A stretch of 63,723 nucleotides of DNA, filler included, from 5 parts of 5 records of this genome joined end to end with filler, not necessarily neighbours in it; one strand, 5' to 3'; shown: positions 38,068 to 50,360, numbered from the whole stretch's first letter. Numbers and translations: made by a program. Notes: a model not told the origin generated them from the sequence alone.

Positions 38068-41000
38068 GGTGTGCGCGCTCGCCAGTACCGTCTCGCCGCA
38101 GGAGGCGAACCAAAGCGCTCAGGCGGAAACAGGAGAATCTCCAGCGCACACTCGGCTTTTCCTCACAACTTTTGCAAAGCTACGGGCCAGAAGCAAACGC
38201 GTTGTTGTTTCCTCTGAATTCTTTGTCTCTTGCTTCCAAACGGGACGCTATTCCTCCCCAAAGAGCCCAGTACCATATATATATAAAAAGAAAGACTAGC
38301 TCGCCAGCCTTCTTTCGAGCCGGACGGGCGAGGAGTTCAGCGCGGAGAACGCTGCGCGTACTCGTTCGCGCCAACACGTCAGGCGAGCGTCTACGAGAGC
38401 TCGCAGCGACTCTCCCAAGAGCTGGCGATCACCCCGAAGTACAGACACACGCTCTTCCAGCGAGCAATAATTCTCCGCGCTTTCTTTCAGAATGATTGAT
38501 AAAGTAAGCAATGCAAACCGAACCGCAATCCTGAAGAGACGAGGCTTTCCTTCCAGGAGATGCGGTGCGCAGGCGCTTCGGCCAAGTTGTCACGCCTTTC
38601 ACAGCGCGCGGCACCGAAGCGCAGGTACTCTGAGCTGCCCTTTTCCTCCAAAGAGCCACAAGTGCAAGAATACCGCGTACAGCGGAGTATCTAACAACAA
38701 GATGGAGTGCGACGGCACACACGCACGCGCGCACACCCTTGGTCTTGAGCGGCTCCAGGCGTGCCTCGCGGCGCGCAAACAGGAGCGGCGCGGAACGCGC
38801 GTCGCACGAGCAGCCAGCAAGCGCGCGCAGCATAGCAGAGTACAGAGTGCGGTGCTTGCCTTTATGCGCGAATGCAAAATAGGGATTGTTCGCTCCTGGT
38901 TATGCAATATGATTACGACTACATTTGCACGACCCGAGAATCTGCTTTGTTGCAATTTTGGATGGAACATGTGTGACAGCCGTCAGGCAGTAGCCAACCC
39001 TCTCCTCGTGGTCTAACCCTAGCTATCTCAAACAAATGAGCAAACTTTACGTGCACGCCGTTTCACCAAAGTCTCGAACAGATCAGCGCTTTGGATCGCC
39101 CCACACGCTTGCACGCGCCGCACTCATCGTTGTAGATAAAGCATTAATAGAATTACTAAAAATTTCTTCCATGCGATGGAATTCCAGAAGAAAACGCAGA
39201 AACATCTGCGTAGAAGACGGAGAAATGTACCGCGCCGTGCAATGTGACTGAGGAGGAAGCGGTTTTGCGGCTGTGTTCTGCGAGTGCGCCCTGCCGCTCT
39301 GCGCGCGCAAGTGGTCTCACGGCTGCTCCTTTATCCAGTTTGCAGGGCATCGAAAAGAGAAATGAACGACTACGATATCGGGGAGCAGAATCTCTACATC
39401 CGCTGAGGGGTGCTTTTTGCATTCTTTCATTCATTCATTCTTTTTCTTCTCTTTTCTCCCTTTAGAGCATTCGCTGAGCCCAAACGTGTAAGCCAGAAGA
39501 GCACGGGCGTGTAGAAGCGTTTGTGCCGACCGCCTAGGGTTACAGACGTCGCGCTGCAAGCCTCAGCACGCGGGTACGGCGTGCGTAGCCTCCGGCGCGC
39601 TGCTGCTGCCGCGCGGACACGCGATAGCTCTGCCGGCGGAGAGCGAGAGCCAAGCGCGGGCGCCGCTCCGTCGCGTAGTCTCCCGAAAGGTGCACGGGCC
39701 GCTCTTGGCCCAGCAGTACTGCTGGAAACGCGAATTGCACGGGTATGATTGGAAAATATGGATTATCTGACACTTGATGAATTTACGCGTTCCTTTCAAT
39801 GGGTTCTGCGGGCAAGCACGGCGCTTGTACTGCCTCTTCGATCGGCGCCGTGGACCGGAAGCAGGACCCGGTGTGGCAGCGCTCCACAACTTTCTTAGTT
39901 GCGCCAATCCCCTTTCGCTTTCGTCCTTGTTCGACAGCGGGTACTCAATCTGGCACATTCTCCGTAGAGTTGACCGGTAGACATTGGAGTGGTTAACTCT
40001 ACGTTTCTCGGGTAGGATTTGTTGCGCGGGATGTTGACCTCTCGTGGGGCGGGCGAAACAGTGCCGGGATGCTACCTCGATGCCGCGGGCTTTGCTCGTG
40101 CGGCGCAGTGTAGTTCACTGCTCCTTGTTGCACGCTGAACCCCCGTCAAGTGCCTGCGCCGTAAACCACAGCGAGCCCCTTCCCGCGAAGTCCGGACTGA
40201 CGGCGAGTTTTACCGTATTCCCGCGACCTCGTATCCTAAGCTCCGGTCTTGCTATCATATGCATAAATATGATTCGCAAGTTGGCGTGAAACCGGGTGCG
40301 CGTGCTTCCGTCGAACTCCTGCGTGCTCGTCACATCGCGGATGCGAGCTCGTGTCGGCAGTCGCATCTTCCCATACTTCCCTAGTGCTGGACCAGCCAGC
40401 TCCTCTTCGTTTCCACCTTGTGCTGCTTTGCCCCACCGTACTGTGAGGTTCCCGCACGATATTCGCCTCTTAGTGTTCTCTTAAGTACTACAATGAATCT
40501 TCTGTGGATCTGTAGTGTCCTCCTCGCGTACGTGCTGCAGCTTTTGGCGCGTCCGGCGTTTCTCGGAGACTCTGTGCGCCGGCTCGTTTGCGCTGCTGCC
40601 CTGCGTTCTACGTGGCAACTATCATACGACGGTTCTCCTGTTTGCGCCAAAGCGCAAGCGAGCGTGCCGACAAGCACGCAAGGACACTGTCACTCTTTGT
40701 TGGTGGTGGTGGTGGCGGCGGCGTTTCTTGTTTGTTTGTTCGTTTGTTTGTTTGTTTTTGTTCCCAGCGCGCGACGCGGATGTGTGCGTTTTTTTCAGAT
40801 TCTATCGTTTGAGCTTTTGGCATTTTGCTTCGTTTCTGCACTTGGCGCGCTCGTCTGGCAAACGCGATCAACGTGCGCAACGCGGCCGAAAGCGCTTCCT
40901 GCTGATACGAGGCGATAGCAACGCGCCGTGCTGCTTCGCACCCGTTCATTGCTGCGTGCTGGGAACGACTGCTGCTTACATGTATCTCGCTCGATATGTC

Positions 41001-41188
41001 TGCACTTGCGTCTTTATTTTATGTAGGTGTTTTGTTTCTGGAGGGAGAATGACGGCTTTGCTGTAGTGGTCTTTTTCCTTATCCTGTGAAATCGGAGCTC
41101 GCACTACACGAACAATCTGAGACGCTGCGCGTCCTGCTCGCAGGATAGCGTGGCGGAGACGCGCGCGCGTGCGAAATAGCAGCCCAGA

Positions 41189-42673
41189 ATGCCTCGCTCC
41201 GAAAACGAGGAGCCTCTGCTACCGCCCCAGGCTACGATAAAGAATCGATGGAGAATCGAGAGGCAGGTCGGCCAGGGCGCATTTGGGCAGATTTATAGAG
41301 CGTTTGACATGCAGCACAATATGCAACGGGTTGCGATCAAGGTGCGCCATTGCGTCGCGCGCGCGAGGCTACCAACTCCGCGCTGCGCGTCTCTACACCA
41401 TCGCATGCTCCGCTCTACTGCTGAGAAATCAGCGAGTTTTAAACGCTGCAAATATCTTGCAAGTATCTGAATTGTTAGATATTCGCGCAAACGCAAGCGA
41501 AATCGTGCCGTTTCTGACCCCAAGGCGTCGGGATTCGCGGGGGTGCACTCTGCTTTGTCGAATATCGACAGGTCGAACGCTGGGACTCTCGGAAGAGCGT
41601 CCTGAAGCTCGAGGTTGTGGTGTTGAAGAAAATGCAGTTTTCACCATACTCATGCCGATACTTGCACTGTGGTCACCAAGTAAGTTCCAGTACATGTGCG
41701 TGCTGAGACGTATTGGAGGGGGAGGAAGAAACGGTTTTGTTGGCTATGTATGAAAGCTGGAATGGCCGGGAAAAGTGCGAGTGTGTGGACACTGCCAGTT
41801 CCTGTTGCTGTGCGTGCGCGAATTGTGTAAGCTCATCCCTGGGGCCGACGTGTTCATGTTGTCACAAGAATAGCTTGTATTGCTCTGCAAGGATCTGTGG
41901 ATGTCAATCGTATGTTGGATGATGTTCTCTCAGGTGAACTGCTGGCGCCGGTGGAGGGACTGGCACGCCTCTGTTGCAAGGTTTCCTCTCGGTGCTCCTC
42001 GACACAACCCTTCGCTTGCACGTGCAGCCTCAATGACGCGATTGGTCACCACTGCCAATGGGGTATTGTGCTGACACGCATCTGCTGGTGCTCCCTTGGA
42101 AACCTTTGTACTTCATCTTTGTGTACGTTGTTTGGTAGAATGACATCAACTACCTCGTCATGGAACTTGTTGGCGAAAACCTCTCTGAGCTACGGCGGAA
42201 AATGCCAGCGCAGTGTTTCTCAACGCAGACTACCGCCCTCCTGGGGATCGAGATGATCAAGGCGATTCGTGATATACATGCCGTCGGCTTTCTTCACAGG
42301 TACGAACTACGTTTTTGGTCAGTGCGTAGTATGTGCAGCGCATAGCGGCTTTAGTGCACTGCACAAAGTCGCCAGGGTTCCGTAGCCCTCAGGGGGCGGG
42401 AAGCCGCTGTGCTTGTATTGCTGACTCGTTGCTGCGCTGCAAGATCGTACTTTGTGTTGTGGTCTCGTGAAAAACGCTGATAAAGTGTAGCAGAAGGCTT
42501 TGTTTGTTCCAATAGGCGCCCTCTGCCCTGGACCTTGGACCGTGATCAATGCGGAGAATTTTGCGCGTCAACTGTTGTACTGCAGGGATATCAAGCCCTC
42601 CAATTTTGTTACCAAGCCGCAAGCGGACCGACGAGCCCAGATAATCATGATCGACTTTGGTCTTGCGCGCAAG
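41189..42673 (+). CDS. Eukaryotic CK1-superfamily (tau-tubulin kinase-like) protein kinase, first four exons, partial
   Basis: Exons 41189-41341, 41572-41679, 42139-42299 and 42586-42673 have phase-compatible GT-AG introns and encode GQGAFG, VAIKVE, VLKLEVVVLKKMQ, MELVGENLSELRR, HRDIKPSNF and IDFGLARK. Confidence 0.9.
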
Positions 42674-43002
42674 GTGCGGACCTGAGCCTCCGCAGAATGC
42701 CGCGCGGCAATTGCCCGGGCGATGTACCTATAAAGTTGCAACCTCTTATTTTTTCTCCAGATTACCTGCAGCGAGAGTACTTTCGTACGCCACCGGAGAA
42801 TGGAATTATAGTCACAAGCCTTAGATGACCGTGATCCCACACTATTTTGCACGTCTGGTGCAAGAGTACGCTGCCGGGTCCGGAGCGTGCGAGAAGGCGC
42901 CCGCTTGTGTCGAGCAGGCTGGATAGCAATATAATTTGCTGTTGGAGCGGATCCGGAAGAATGGGAGCGCAGGTAATTCGACACTGCCTTGTGTGCTGCT
43001 AG

Positions 43003-43102
43003 NNNNNNNNNNNNNNNNNNNNNNNNNNNNNNNNNNNNNNNNNNNNTTAATTAATTAANNNNNNNNNNNNNNNNNNNNNNNNNNNNNNNNNNNNNNNNNN
43101 NN
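43003..43102. other. Artificial contig spacer
   Basis: N-run, TTAATTAATTAA, N-run. Confidence 0.99.
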
Positions 43103-43594
<492 letters not shown>

Positions 43595-43606
43595 GAAAAA
43601 TTGTTG

Positions 43607-44212
43607 CTACAACATATTGTGTACGGGTTTGAACGAACGTCTATGGTGTGGGGTTACCCCAAGTTCTTGAAGCGCCTCTATGTGTCTTTTTGATCCATAT
43701 CCCATGTTGGTTTCCCAGCCATAACCGGGGTGCTGTTGCGCAAGGGACAACATGACACAATCTCGACAAATTTTGGCCATAATTGAGGCAGCTGAAATGC
43801 TCTGCGAACGGCTGTCCCCCTTGATGATGGTCTGCGCGGGCAGGATCAGATCACGGGGCAACATATTCCCATCCACCAAAACATAGTCGGCCGGCGTCTT
43901 GAGCCCCTCAAGCGCGCGCATCATCGCCAGATGGCTGGCGCGCAGGATGTTGATCTCGTCGATTTCCGCTACTGTGGCATGGGCGATGCTGACCTCGGCC
44001 ACTTCCATAATCTCTTCATACAGGCGTTCACGGGCTTTCTTGGTCAGCTTCTTTGAATCATTCAGCCCCTCGGGGATACATGCAGGATCTAAAATCACCG
44101 CCGCCGCCGTCACCGGTCCTGCCAAAGGGCCACGGCCCACCTCATCCACACCTGCAATGCGGGTGTAGCCCTGCGCCATGGCGGCGCGTTCAAATTCAAA
44201 ATCCGGTTTCAT
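43607..44212 (-). CDS. rnhB: Ribonuclease HII
   Basis: GVDEVGRGPLAGPV, LNDSKKL, SISAASIMAK and HRRSF. Confidence 0.97.
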   Translation of the reverse strand: MKPDFEFERAAMAQGYTRIAGVDEVGRGPLAGPVTAAAVILDPACIPEGLNDSKKLTKKARERLYEEIMEVAEVSIAHATVAEIDEINILRASHLAMMRALEGLKTPADYVLVDGNMLPRDLILPAQTIIKGDSRSQSISAASIMAKICRDCVMLSLAQQHPGYGWETNMGYGSKRHIEALQELGVTPHHRRSFKPVHNML

Positions 44213-44325
44213 ACCCCCTCAAGACCGCAATCCTGCCCAAGGCTCAATATAAAAAAGGGAGGATGCCCGAACATCCTCCCCAGTCTTCCGGGTGAAGGGA
44301 CACCCACCCGGATCACAGCGCGATG

Positions 44326-44853
44326 TTATCCTCGCGCCAAACGGAACCCGTGCTCACGCAAGCAGCGTGCCTCATATCCACGGCGGTCGCCGCGACGGGT
44401 GTTAAAGGTATAATTGCACTGGCGCGGCAGACGGTGTGTGTAGCTGTAGTTGCGTTGCAGACACCGGCTGGCGAACATGCGCACATGGCCACGATGGGTT
44501 TTTACCCGGCGCAGGCATTCCTGCGGCAAAAGCTTGCGGCTCACACGGTCGGGCAGCGGGCGCGGCTTGGGCTGGCCATACCGCGGCGGCTGATTGGCGG
44601 GCGCACCGTAGGTAGGCTTCTGGCGGATCGGCCTGTCATAGGTTGGCGCGCGATACTCCGGTTTCGACTGATGGTGGCTTGCCTGCTTTTTCTTGTCATT
44701 CCTGTCGTGGATGATCTTGCCCACAACAGCCAGCCCCACAATCGCGGCAATTGTATTGACGGTGCGGCGGTCACCTGCGGCGGCGGGCAGCGCGCCCAAT
44801 ATGGTCAACGCAATAGATGCGGCGGCTACGGTTGCGATAAACTTGCGATACAT
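44326..44853 (-). CDS. Exported hypothetical protein (Roseobacter-type, Cys/Arg-rich)
   Basis: Signal peptide, hydrophobic segment, and LLPQECL..RCL..LPRQC..ARCLREHG. Confidence 0.7.
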   Translation of the reverse strand: MYRKFIATVAAASIALTILGALPAAAGDRRTVNTIAAIVGLAVVGKIIHDRNDKKKQASHHQSKPEYRAPTYDRPIRQKPTYGAPANQPPRYGQPKPRPLPDRVSRKLLPQECLRRVKTHRGHVRMFASRCLQRNYSYTHRLPRQCNYTFNTRRGDRRGYEARCLREHGFRLARG

Positions 44854-45022
44854 AACTGTGATCCTCTCTGTTGCGCGGTGCGGGACAGCCCGTGCTTTTG
44901 TGGGATCAGATTGGGTCGGGGCCTGTCAGACAGGCAATAACACCCCCCCGCTATCCGATAACAACGGGGCTGAGGGCGCGTGGTTATTGAATATCGCCGC
45001 GCAAAGGCTCAAGGATGGGGGC

Positions 45023-45313
45023 ATGAAACAGTTTTCTCTTCCCCTCGCCCTCGGGCTGTTGATCGGCTGTGCTCTGCCCGCCCATGCGGCAGGCTGCTAT
45101 GCTGATTACAAGGCCAAGCAGGATGACCCCTTGCGCCTGCATTACGGTGTCGCACAGGTCAACGGGCCCTGTGATGTCGGTTCAGCCGCCGCTGAACTAA
45201 CCCCGCGTCTTGCTGCCCAAGGCTGGACGCTGCTCAATGTCATCTCCACTTTCGGCGACGACGGACTTGATCAAAGGAAAGACAGTGCCGGACAAAACTA
45301 CCTCCGCTTCTGA
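45023..45313 (+). CDS. Small exported hypothetical protein
   Basis: Signal peptide MKQFSLPL..AHA, then CYADYKAKQDDPLRLHYGV. Confidence 0.75.
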   Translation: MKQFSLPLALGLLIGCALPAHAAGCYADYKAKQDDPLRLHYGVAQVNGPCDVGSAAAELTPRLAAQGWTLLNVISTFGDDGLDQRKDSAGQNYLRF

Positions 45314-45977
45314 TCTGCGCCGCTTTGTCGGCTTTGGCATTGCCGCAATTGTCACCCTGCTGATCGTCGGGGCAATTGTGTTGTTCTGGGCTTTACCGGA
45401 CGCAAACCTGTTCAATGCGCAGGTCGAACGCATTTTTGTCGAGAACGACGATTTGACCAGCGGTGCCACAATCAAACTGCTGGAGATCCTTGCGCAATCA
45501 GGCACCGCGTTTTCCGACACATTGGCCAGTTACCGCATGGTGATCTTTGTGCTGCTGGTGTTCGCTGCGGCAATGCTGGCCGCTGCGCTGGTATTTCTGA
45601 TCATGTTGATCACCTTCAACCGCCGTATGGCCCAGATTGAACGGGTCGGCATTCAGGTGAATTCACTGTTGATCAGCCGCGAGGAAAACACCGTCTACCT
45701 GAACAACCTTGGTTTCAAGCTGACCGATGCCGCGATGGAAACCATGTCGGTGCTGGCCGAAGCACGGATGGATGATGATGTGATGTCCGGCTCTGAAATC
45801 GAAGGGGTTATTTCGGGTCGTCTGGCCGCGGACTGTGACGAAGCGGCGGGGGCGACACGCATCAAACGGTTGCGCGACACGCTGGGCAACCAGATCGTCA
45901 GCGAACTGTTGGTCAAGAACATCGCGCGGCGGGGATATATGCTGGCCATCGACAAGGATGTGATCAAGGTGATTTGA
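45285..45977 (+). CDS. Membrane protein with C-terminal winged-helix DNA-binding domain
   Basis: Two TM helices; ATRIKRLRDTLG...KNIARRGYML (OmpR/trans_reg_C-like); GTG start after AGGA. Confidence 0.8.
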   Translation: MPDKTTSASDLRRFVGFGIAAIVTLLIVGAIVLFWALPDANLFNAQVERIFVENDDLTSGATIKLLEILAQSGTAFSDTLASYRMVIFVLLVFAAAMLAAALVFLIMLITFNRRMAQIERVGIQVNSLLISREENTVYLNNLGFKLTDAAMETMSVLAEARMDDDVMSGSEIEGVISGRLAADCDEAAGATRIKRLRDTLGNQIVSELLVKNIARRGYMLAIDKDVIKVI

Positions 45978-46047
45978 CACAGGGCCTCTGGTCATTCTCC
46001 CCCGCCCGGGTCTAGGCTGCGCCAAACCCCGATCAAGGACATGTCAG

Positions 46048-46821
46048 ATGCCAGCCCCGCAAAACCCGTTCAAGAAAGCCCTGTCCGAAGGGAAGGTACA
46101 ATTCGGCTGCTGGCTTGGCCTTGCCGATACTTTCAGCGCAGAGCTGATGGGCACCACCGGATTCGATTGGTTGGTCATTGATGGCGAACATGCGCCCAAT
46201 GATCTGCGCAGCATTCTTGCACAGCTACAGGTGCTGGAAGCCTCGAACAGCCATGCGGTTGTGCGCCTGCCGGTTGGTGAAACCTATATGATGAAACAGG
46301 TGCTCGACGCCGGGGCGCAAACCGTGCTGGTTCCGATGGTGGAAACTGCGGATCAGGCGCGCCAGCTGGTGCGTGATGTGACCTATCCGCCGCTTGGCGA
46401 TCGCGGTGTCGGCTACGCGCTTGGCCGGGCCTCGCGGTTTTCGCAAATCACCGATTACGGCACCACGGCGGATGCGCAGATTTGTCTGCTGGTACAGGTT
46501 GAAAACCTGAAAGGGCTTGCAGCCCTTGATGACATCCTTGCAATCGACGGGATTGACGGCGTGTTCATTGGTCCTGCAGATCTGGCCGCCGACATGGGGC
46601 ATATGGGCAATGCGTTGCACGACGACGTGCAGGCCACAATCATGGAGGCGCTGACGCGTATCCGTGCGGCGGGAAAGGCCCCCGGTATCCTGTCGACCCA
46701 TGACCCGATGACAGAGGCCGCGCTGGCCGCCGGTACACAATTTGTCGCTGTGGGGGCGGATGTTTTGCTGCTGACACGCACCGCGCAGGCGCTGAGCGCA
46801 AAGTGGAAAGACCTTACATAA
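46048..46821 (+). CDS. HpcH/HpaI aldolase family protein
   Basis: GFDWLVIDGEHAPND, QVE and DGVFIGPADL. Confidence 0.93.
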   Translation: MPAPQNPFKKALSEGKVQFGCWLGLADTFSAELMGTTGFDWLVIDGEHAPNDLRSILAQLQVLEASNSHAVVRLPVGETYMMKQVLDAGAQTVLVPMVETADQARQLVRDVTYPPLGDRGVGYALGRASRFSQITDYGTTADAQICLLVQVENLKGLAALDDILAIDGIDGVFIGPADLAADMGHMGNALHDDVQATIMEALTRIRAAGKAPGILSTHDPMTEAALAAGTQFVAVGADVLLLTRTAQALSAKWKDLT

Positions 46822-46822
46822 T

Positions 46823-47998
46823 ATGAACGCAGGTATCTTTTTGTTGGGGCTGGCCTATGTGCTCAGCCAATTTTTCCGCGCCTTTCTTGCGGTACTCTCC
46901 GAAATTCTGGAACGTGATCTGGGGGCTCTGCCGGACGATCTGGCGTTTGCGTCGGGACTGTGGTTCCTGACCTTCGCCGCCTGCCAAATCCCGATCGGGG
47001 CCGCGCTGGACAGCATCGGGCCACGGCGCACCGCAGGCTGGCTGCTGCTGGTCGGTGGTGCGGGCGGTGCAACGGTTTTTGCCCTTGCCAGTTCGCCCGT
47101 TCATATCAGCATCGCCATGGCTCTAATCGGGGTGGGCTGCGCGCCAGTGCTGATGGCCTCCTACTATATATTTGCGCGGGAATACCCGCCTGCAACCTTT
47201 GCCATTCTCGCCTCTGTCATGGTTGGCGCGGGCAGTCTGGGCAATCTGGTTGCGGCCTACCCAACAGCACTGGCTGCGGAAATTCTGGGCTGGCGCAACA
47301 CACTTTGGGGGTTGGCGGGGCTGTCCGGTCTGGTTGCCCTTGGCACTTTGGTCTGGGTCAAGGATCCGCCACGTGTCACCGATGGGGTCAAGGGATCCAT
47401 GTCCGAACTGCTGCGCATCCGTGCGCTTTGGCCGATTTATTTGCTGATCGGAGTCAGCTATGCCTTTCCCGGTGCGGTACGCGGGCTGTGGATCGGACCC
47501 TATCTGGCGGATGTGTTCGGCACCGACACTGCGACCATCGGGCAGGCCAGCCTTTTGATGGGGATTGCGATGGTGCTGGGCGCGCTGGCCTATGGCTTTG
47601 TGGACAAGATCAGCCCCTCGCGCAAATGGATGATCGCAGGGGGCACCGCACTGGCTATATCAGCGGGGGCCTCTCTGGTCGCTCTGCCTGCCAGCAGCAT
47701 TTCCTTCAGCGTGTTTTTGATGTGCGCCATTGGCTTTTTCGGGGCGGGCTATCCTGTGCTGATGGCTCATGGCCGCAGTTTCTTGCCCAGTCATCTGATC
47801 GGGCGTGGGGTGACCTTGCTCAACCTGTTCAGCATCGGCGGCGTGGGAATCGCGCAATTCCTGTCCGGCCGTGTCTACCGTGCAGCCCTGCCCGGGGATA
47901 CCAGTGCCGCACCCTATGTCGCGGTTTTCGCCATGTTCCTGATTGCGCTTTCCATCGGTTTTACCGTCTATCTGTTCAGTAAAGACAACTCAGACTGA
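46823..47998 (+). CDS. MFS transporter
   Basis: About 12 TM helices; GAALDSIGPRR (motif A). Confidence 0.9.
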   Translation: MNAGIFLLGLAYVLSQFFRAFLAVLSEILERDLGALPDDLAFASGLWFLTFAACQIPIGAALDSIGPRRTAGWLLLVGGAGGATVFALASSPVHISIAMALIGVGCAPVLMASYYIFAREYPPATFAILASVMVGAGSLGNLVAAYPTALAAEILGWRNTLWGLAGLSGLVALGTLVWVKDPPRVTDGVKGSMSELLRIRALWPIYLLIGVSYAFPGAVRGLWIGPYLADVFGTDTATIGQASLLMGIAMVLGALAYGFVDKISPSRKWMIAGGTALAISAGASLVALPASSISFSVFLMCAIGFFGAGYPVLMAHGRSFLPSHLIGRGVTLLNLFSIGGVGIAQFLSGRVYRAALPGDTSAAPYVAVFAMFLIALSIGFTVYLFSKDNSD

Positions 47999-49138
47999 AC
48001 GTCCCTTCATGCGGGCAGCGGCCAGCGTATAGCCGCCCGCACCACCATCAATGAAATGCACATGATCATCGGTCATGATCGAGGGCACGATACAGGTCAT
48101 CATCGCCGTGTCCTGCGTGGCGGTGCCATAGTCGATATGACCCTGCGCCTTGGCCGCACTTAACACCGCCTCAATCTGCGTCTGGGTGGCCGGATCACAA
48201 TCCAGCGTCATTTTCAGACCGTCATCCCGTTTGCGAAAATCCGCATTTTCTCCGACCATACGGGCATAGCGGCGGGCATCGAAACCGCCCAGTTTGATAC
48301 CCGTGCGGATCAACAGCCAAGCCACAAAAGCCTCAAACAAAACCTTGCGCCGCGCACTGCCCAACGACCCGGAGCCATGGGTGGCATGCGCCTCAAGCGC
48401 CGCCCCCTCGGGCGGCCAGGCGGTCCCCGGTCCCTTGGCCGGTGCCGGGTGTCCCCCCCGTTCCAACCCCTGTGCAAGGGTGACAATGCGGTCATAGACC
48501 TGTGTGACAACTTCGTCGCTGGCCCCTGCAACCGGTGAAACAAGGATCGAGAGAATCGTGCCATTGCGCGCCGGCATCGGCGACCAGCGGCATGACAGCC
48601 CGGTCAGGTCCGGCTGGCTGCCCTGTGCCGCAGGGGGAATTGCATATGCCCCCGCCTTCATCTGCGCCTCCGCCCAGTTCACCCCCCCGCCATCGAACAT
48701 GGCATAATCAACACCGTCAGAAACCTGAAACCGCGCCACACGCACATCCTGCCCGGCAGCCCGTACATCCGTGACCGGCACCAAGGCAACGCGCATTTCG
48801 ATGCCAAATTCGGCCTGCGCCCAGACGGCGACCCGCGCCAGCGCTTCGCGCGCGGCAGCTTCATCCTGTGGTGGTACCGCAAATCCGGCACCATCCCCAC
48901 CGAAGACAAAGGGAAATGCCGCCCCTTTCAACGCATTCATCATCGCAGAAATGACAGCCGCGCCCACCATATTTACGGTCTTATACTGGCCCGCCTGCAC
49001 CAATCCTGTGGAATTGACGATGTCCGACACGCCAACAAACCAATCCTCTGGCAGGGGGGTAAACCGATCCGTCTGCGTCAGCTGGTCAAACTCCCTGACA
49101 CGGCTCAACTGATCGTAAAATGGGTCCCTTTGGGTCAT
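47990..49138 (-). CDS. DUF3095-family protein (cyclase-like)
   Basis: SDIVNST, YKTVNMVGA, PFVFGGDGA, DLTGLSCRW and HVHFIDGGAGGY. Confidence 0.85.
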   Translation of the reverse strand: MTQRDPFYDQLSRVREFDQLTQTDRFTPLPEDWFVGVSDIVNSTGLVQAGQYKTVNMVGAAVISAMMNALKGAAFPFVFGGDGAGFAVPPQDEAAAREALARVAVWAQAEFGIEMRVALVPVTDVRAAGQDVRVARFQVSDGVDYAMFDGGGVNWAEAQMKAGAYAIPPAAQGSQPDLTGLSCRWSPMPARNGTILSILVSPVAGASDEVVTQVYDRIVTLAQGLERGGHPAPAKGPGTAWPPEGAALEAHATHGSGSLGSARRKVLFEAFVAWLLIRTGIKLGGFDARRYARMVGENADFRKRDDGLKMTLDCDPATQTQIEAVLSAAKAQGHIDYGTATQDTAMMTCIVPSIMTDDHVHFIDGGAGGYTLAAARMKGRSV

Positions 49139-49275
49139 GTGGCCTGCCTTCTTGATTGTCACAAGCATAACACGCGCCACGTTGCACAAGCCAGTCCTGC
49201 CAAGCAGGGGTCTTTCCTCGGGTCGGCAAGCGGTGTATGTGCGCCGCACCACCCCTTATATAACGGAGAAATAAG

Positions 49276-50298
49276 ATGGGTTATCGCGTCGCCGTCGTGG
49301 GCGCCACTGGCAATGTGGGCCGCGAAATGCTGAACATCCTGGCTGAACGCCAGTTCCCTGTGGACGAGATCGCGGCCTTGGCCAGCCGTCGTTCCCTGGG
49401 TACGGAAGTAAGCTTTGGCGAAAAGACGTTGACGTGCAAAGACCTGGACACTTTCGACTTCACGGGATGGGATATTGCGCTGTTCGCGGTTGGCTCGGAT
49501 GCGACCAAGAAATATGCGCCCGGTGCCGCCAAGGCGGGCTGCGTGGTGATCGATAACTCCTCGCTTTACCGCTATGATTCCGACGTGCCGTTGATCGTAC
49601 CTGAAGTGAACCCGCAAGCGGTGCATGATTATGCCAAAAAGAACATCATCGCGAATCCGAACTGTTCAACCGCGCAGATGGTTGTGGCGCTGAAGCCCCT
49701 GCACGACCGCGCCACGATCAAACGTGTGGTGGTCAGCACCTATCAATCGGTGTCCGGTTCCGGCAAGGAAGGTGCGGATGAACTCTGGGATCAGACCAAG
49801 TCGATCTATAACCCGACATCGGACGTGCCGCCGAAAAAATTCACCAAGCAGATCGCGTTTAACGTGATTCCGCATATCGATGTGTTCATGGAAGACGGAT
49901 CCACCAAAGAAGAGTGGAAGATGGTCGCCGAGACGAAAAAGATCGTCGACAAGGACATCAAGGTCACCGCGACCTGTGTACGCGTTCCGGTATTCGTCGG
50001 TCACTCCGAAGCGATCAACATCGAATTCGAGGATCATCTGGACGAGGATGAGGCCCGCGACATCCTGCGCGAAGCGCCCGGCATCATGGTGATCGATAAA
50101 CGCGAGGACGGCGGCTATGTCACGCCTGTTGAATGTGTCGGTGATTTCGCCACCTTCATCAGCCGCATCCGGCAGGACAGCACAATCGACAACGGTCTGA
50201 ACCTGTGGTGCGTGTCCGACAACCTGCGCAAAGGTGCGGCATTGAACGCGGTGCAGATCGCCGAATTGCTGGGCCGTGAGGTTCTCAAGAAAGGGTAA
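49276..50298 (+). CDS. asd: Aspartate-semialdehyde dehydrogenase
   Basis: GATGNVG, IANPNCST, STYQSVSG and DNLRKGAALNAVQIAE. Confidence 0.98.
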   Translation: MGYRVAVVGATGNVGREMLNILAERQFPVDEIAALASRRSLGTEVSFGEKTLTCKDLDTFDFTGWDIALFAVGSDATKKYAPGAAKAGCVVIDNSSLYRYDSDVPLIVPEVNPQAVHDYAKKNIIANPNCSTAQMVVALKPLHDRATIKRVVVSTYQSVSGSGKEGADELWDQTKSIYNPTSDVPPKKFTKQIAFNVIPHIDVFMEDGSTKEEWKMVAETKKIVDKDIKVTATCVRVPVFVGHSEAINIEFEDHLDEDEARDILREAPGIMVIDKREDGGYVTPVECVGDFATFISRIRQDSTIDNGLNLWCVSDNLRKGAALNAVQIAELLGREVLKKG

Positions 50299-50326
50299 TT
50301 TCCCTTTCAACATCATGCCTTACCAG

Positions 50327-50360
50327 ACGCCCCTGCCCAGCGCGGGGGCGTTTTACTTTT
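50327..50360 (+). terminator. Rho-independent terminator after asd
   Basis: ACGCCCC...GGGGCGT hairpin followed by TTTACTTTT. Confidence 0.6.

Noticed and set aside
40727-40760. (TTTG)n tract, and poly-A at 34605-34622
   Set aside because: Ordinary eukaryotic simple repeats in non-coding or intronic DNA.
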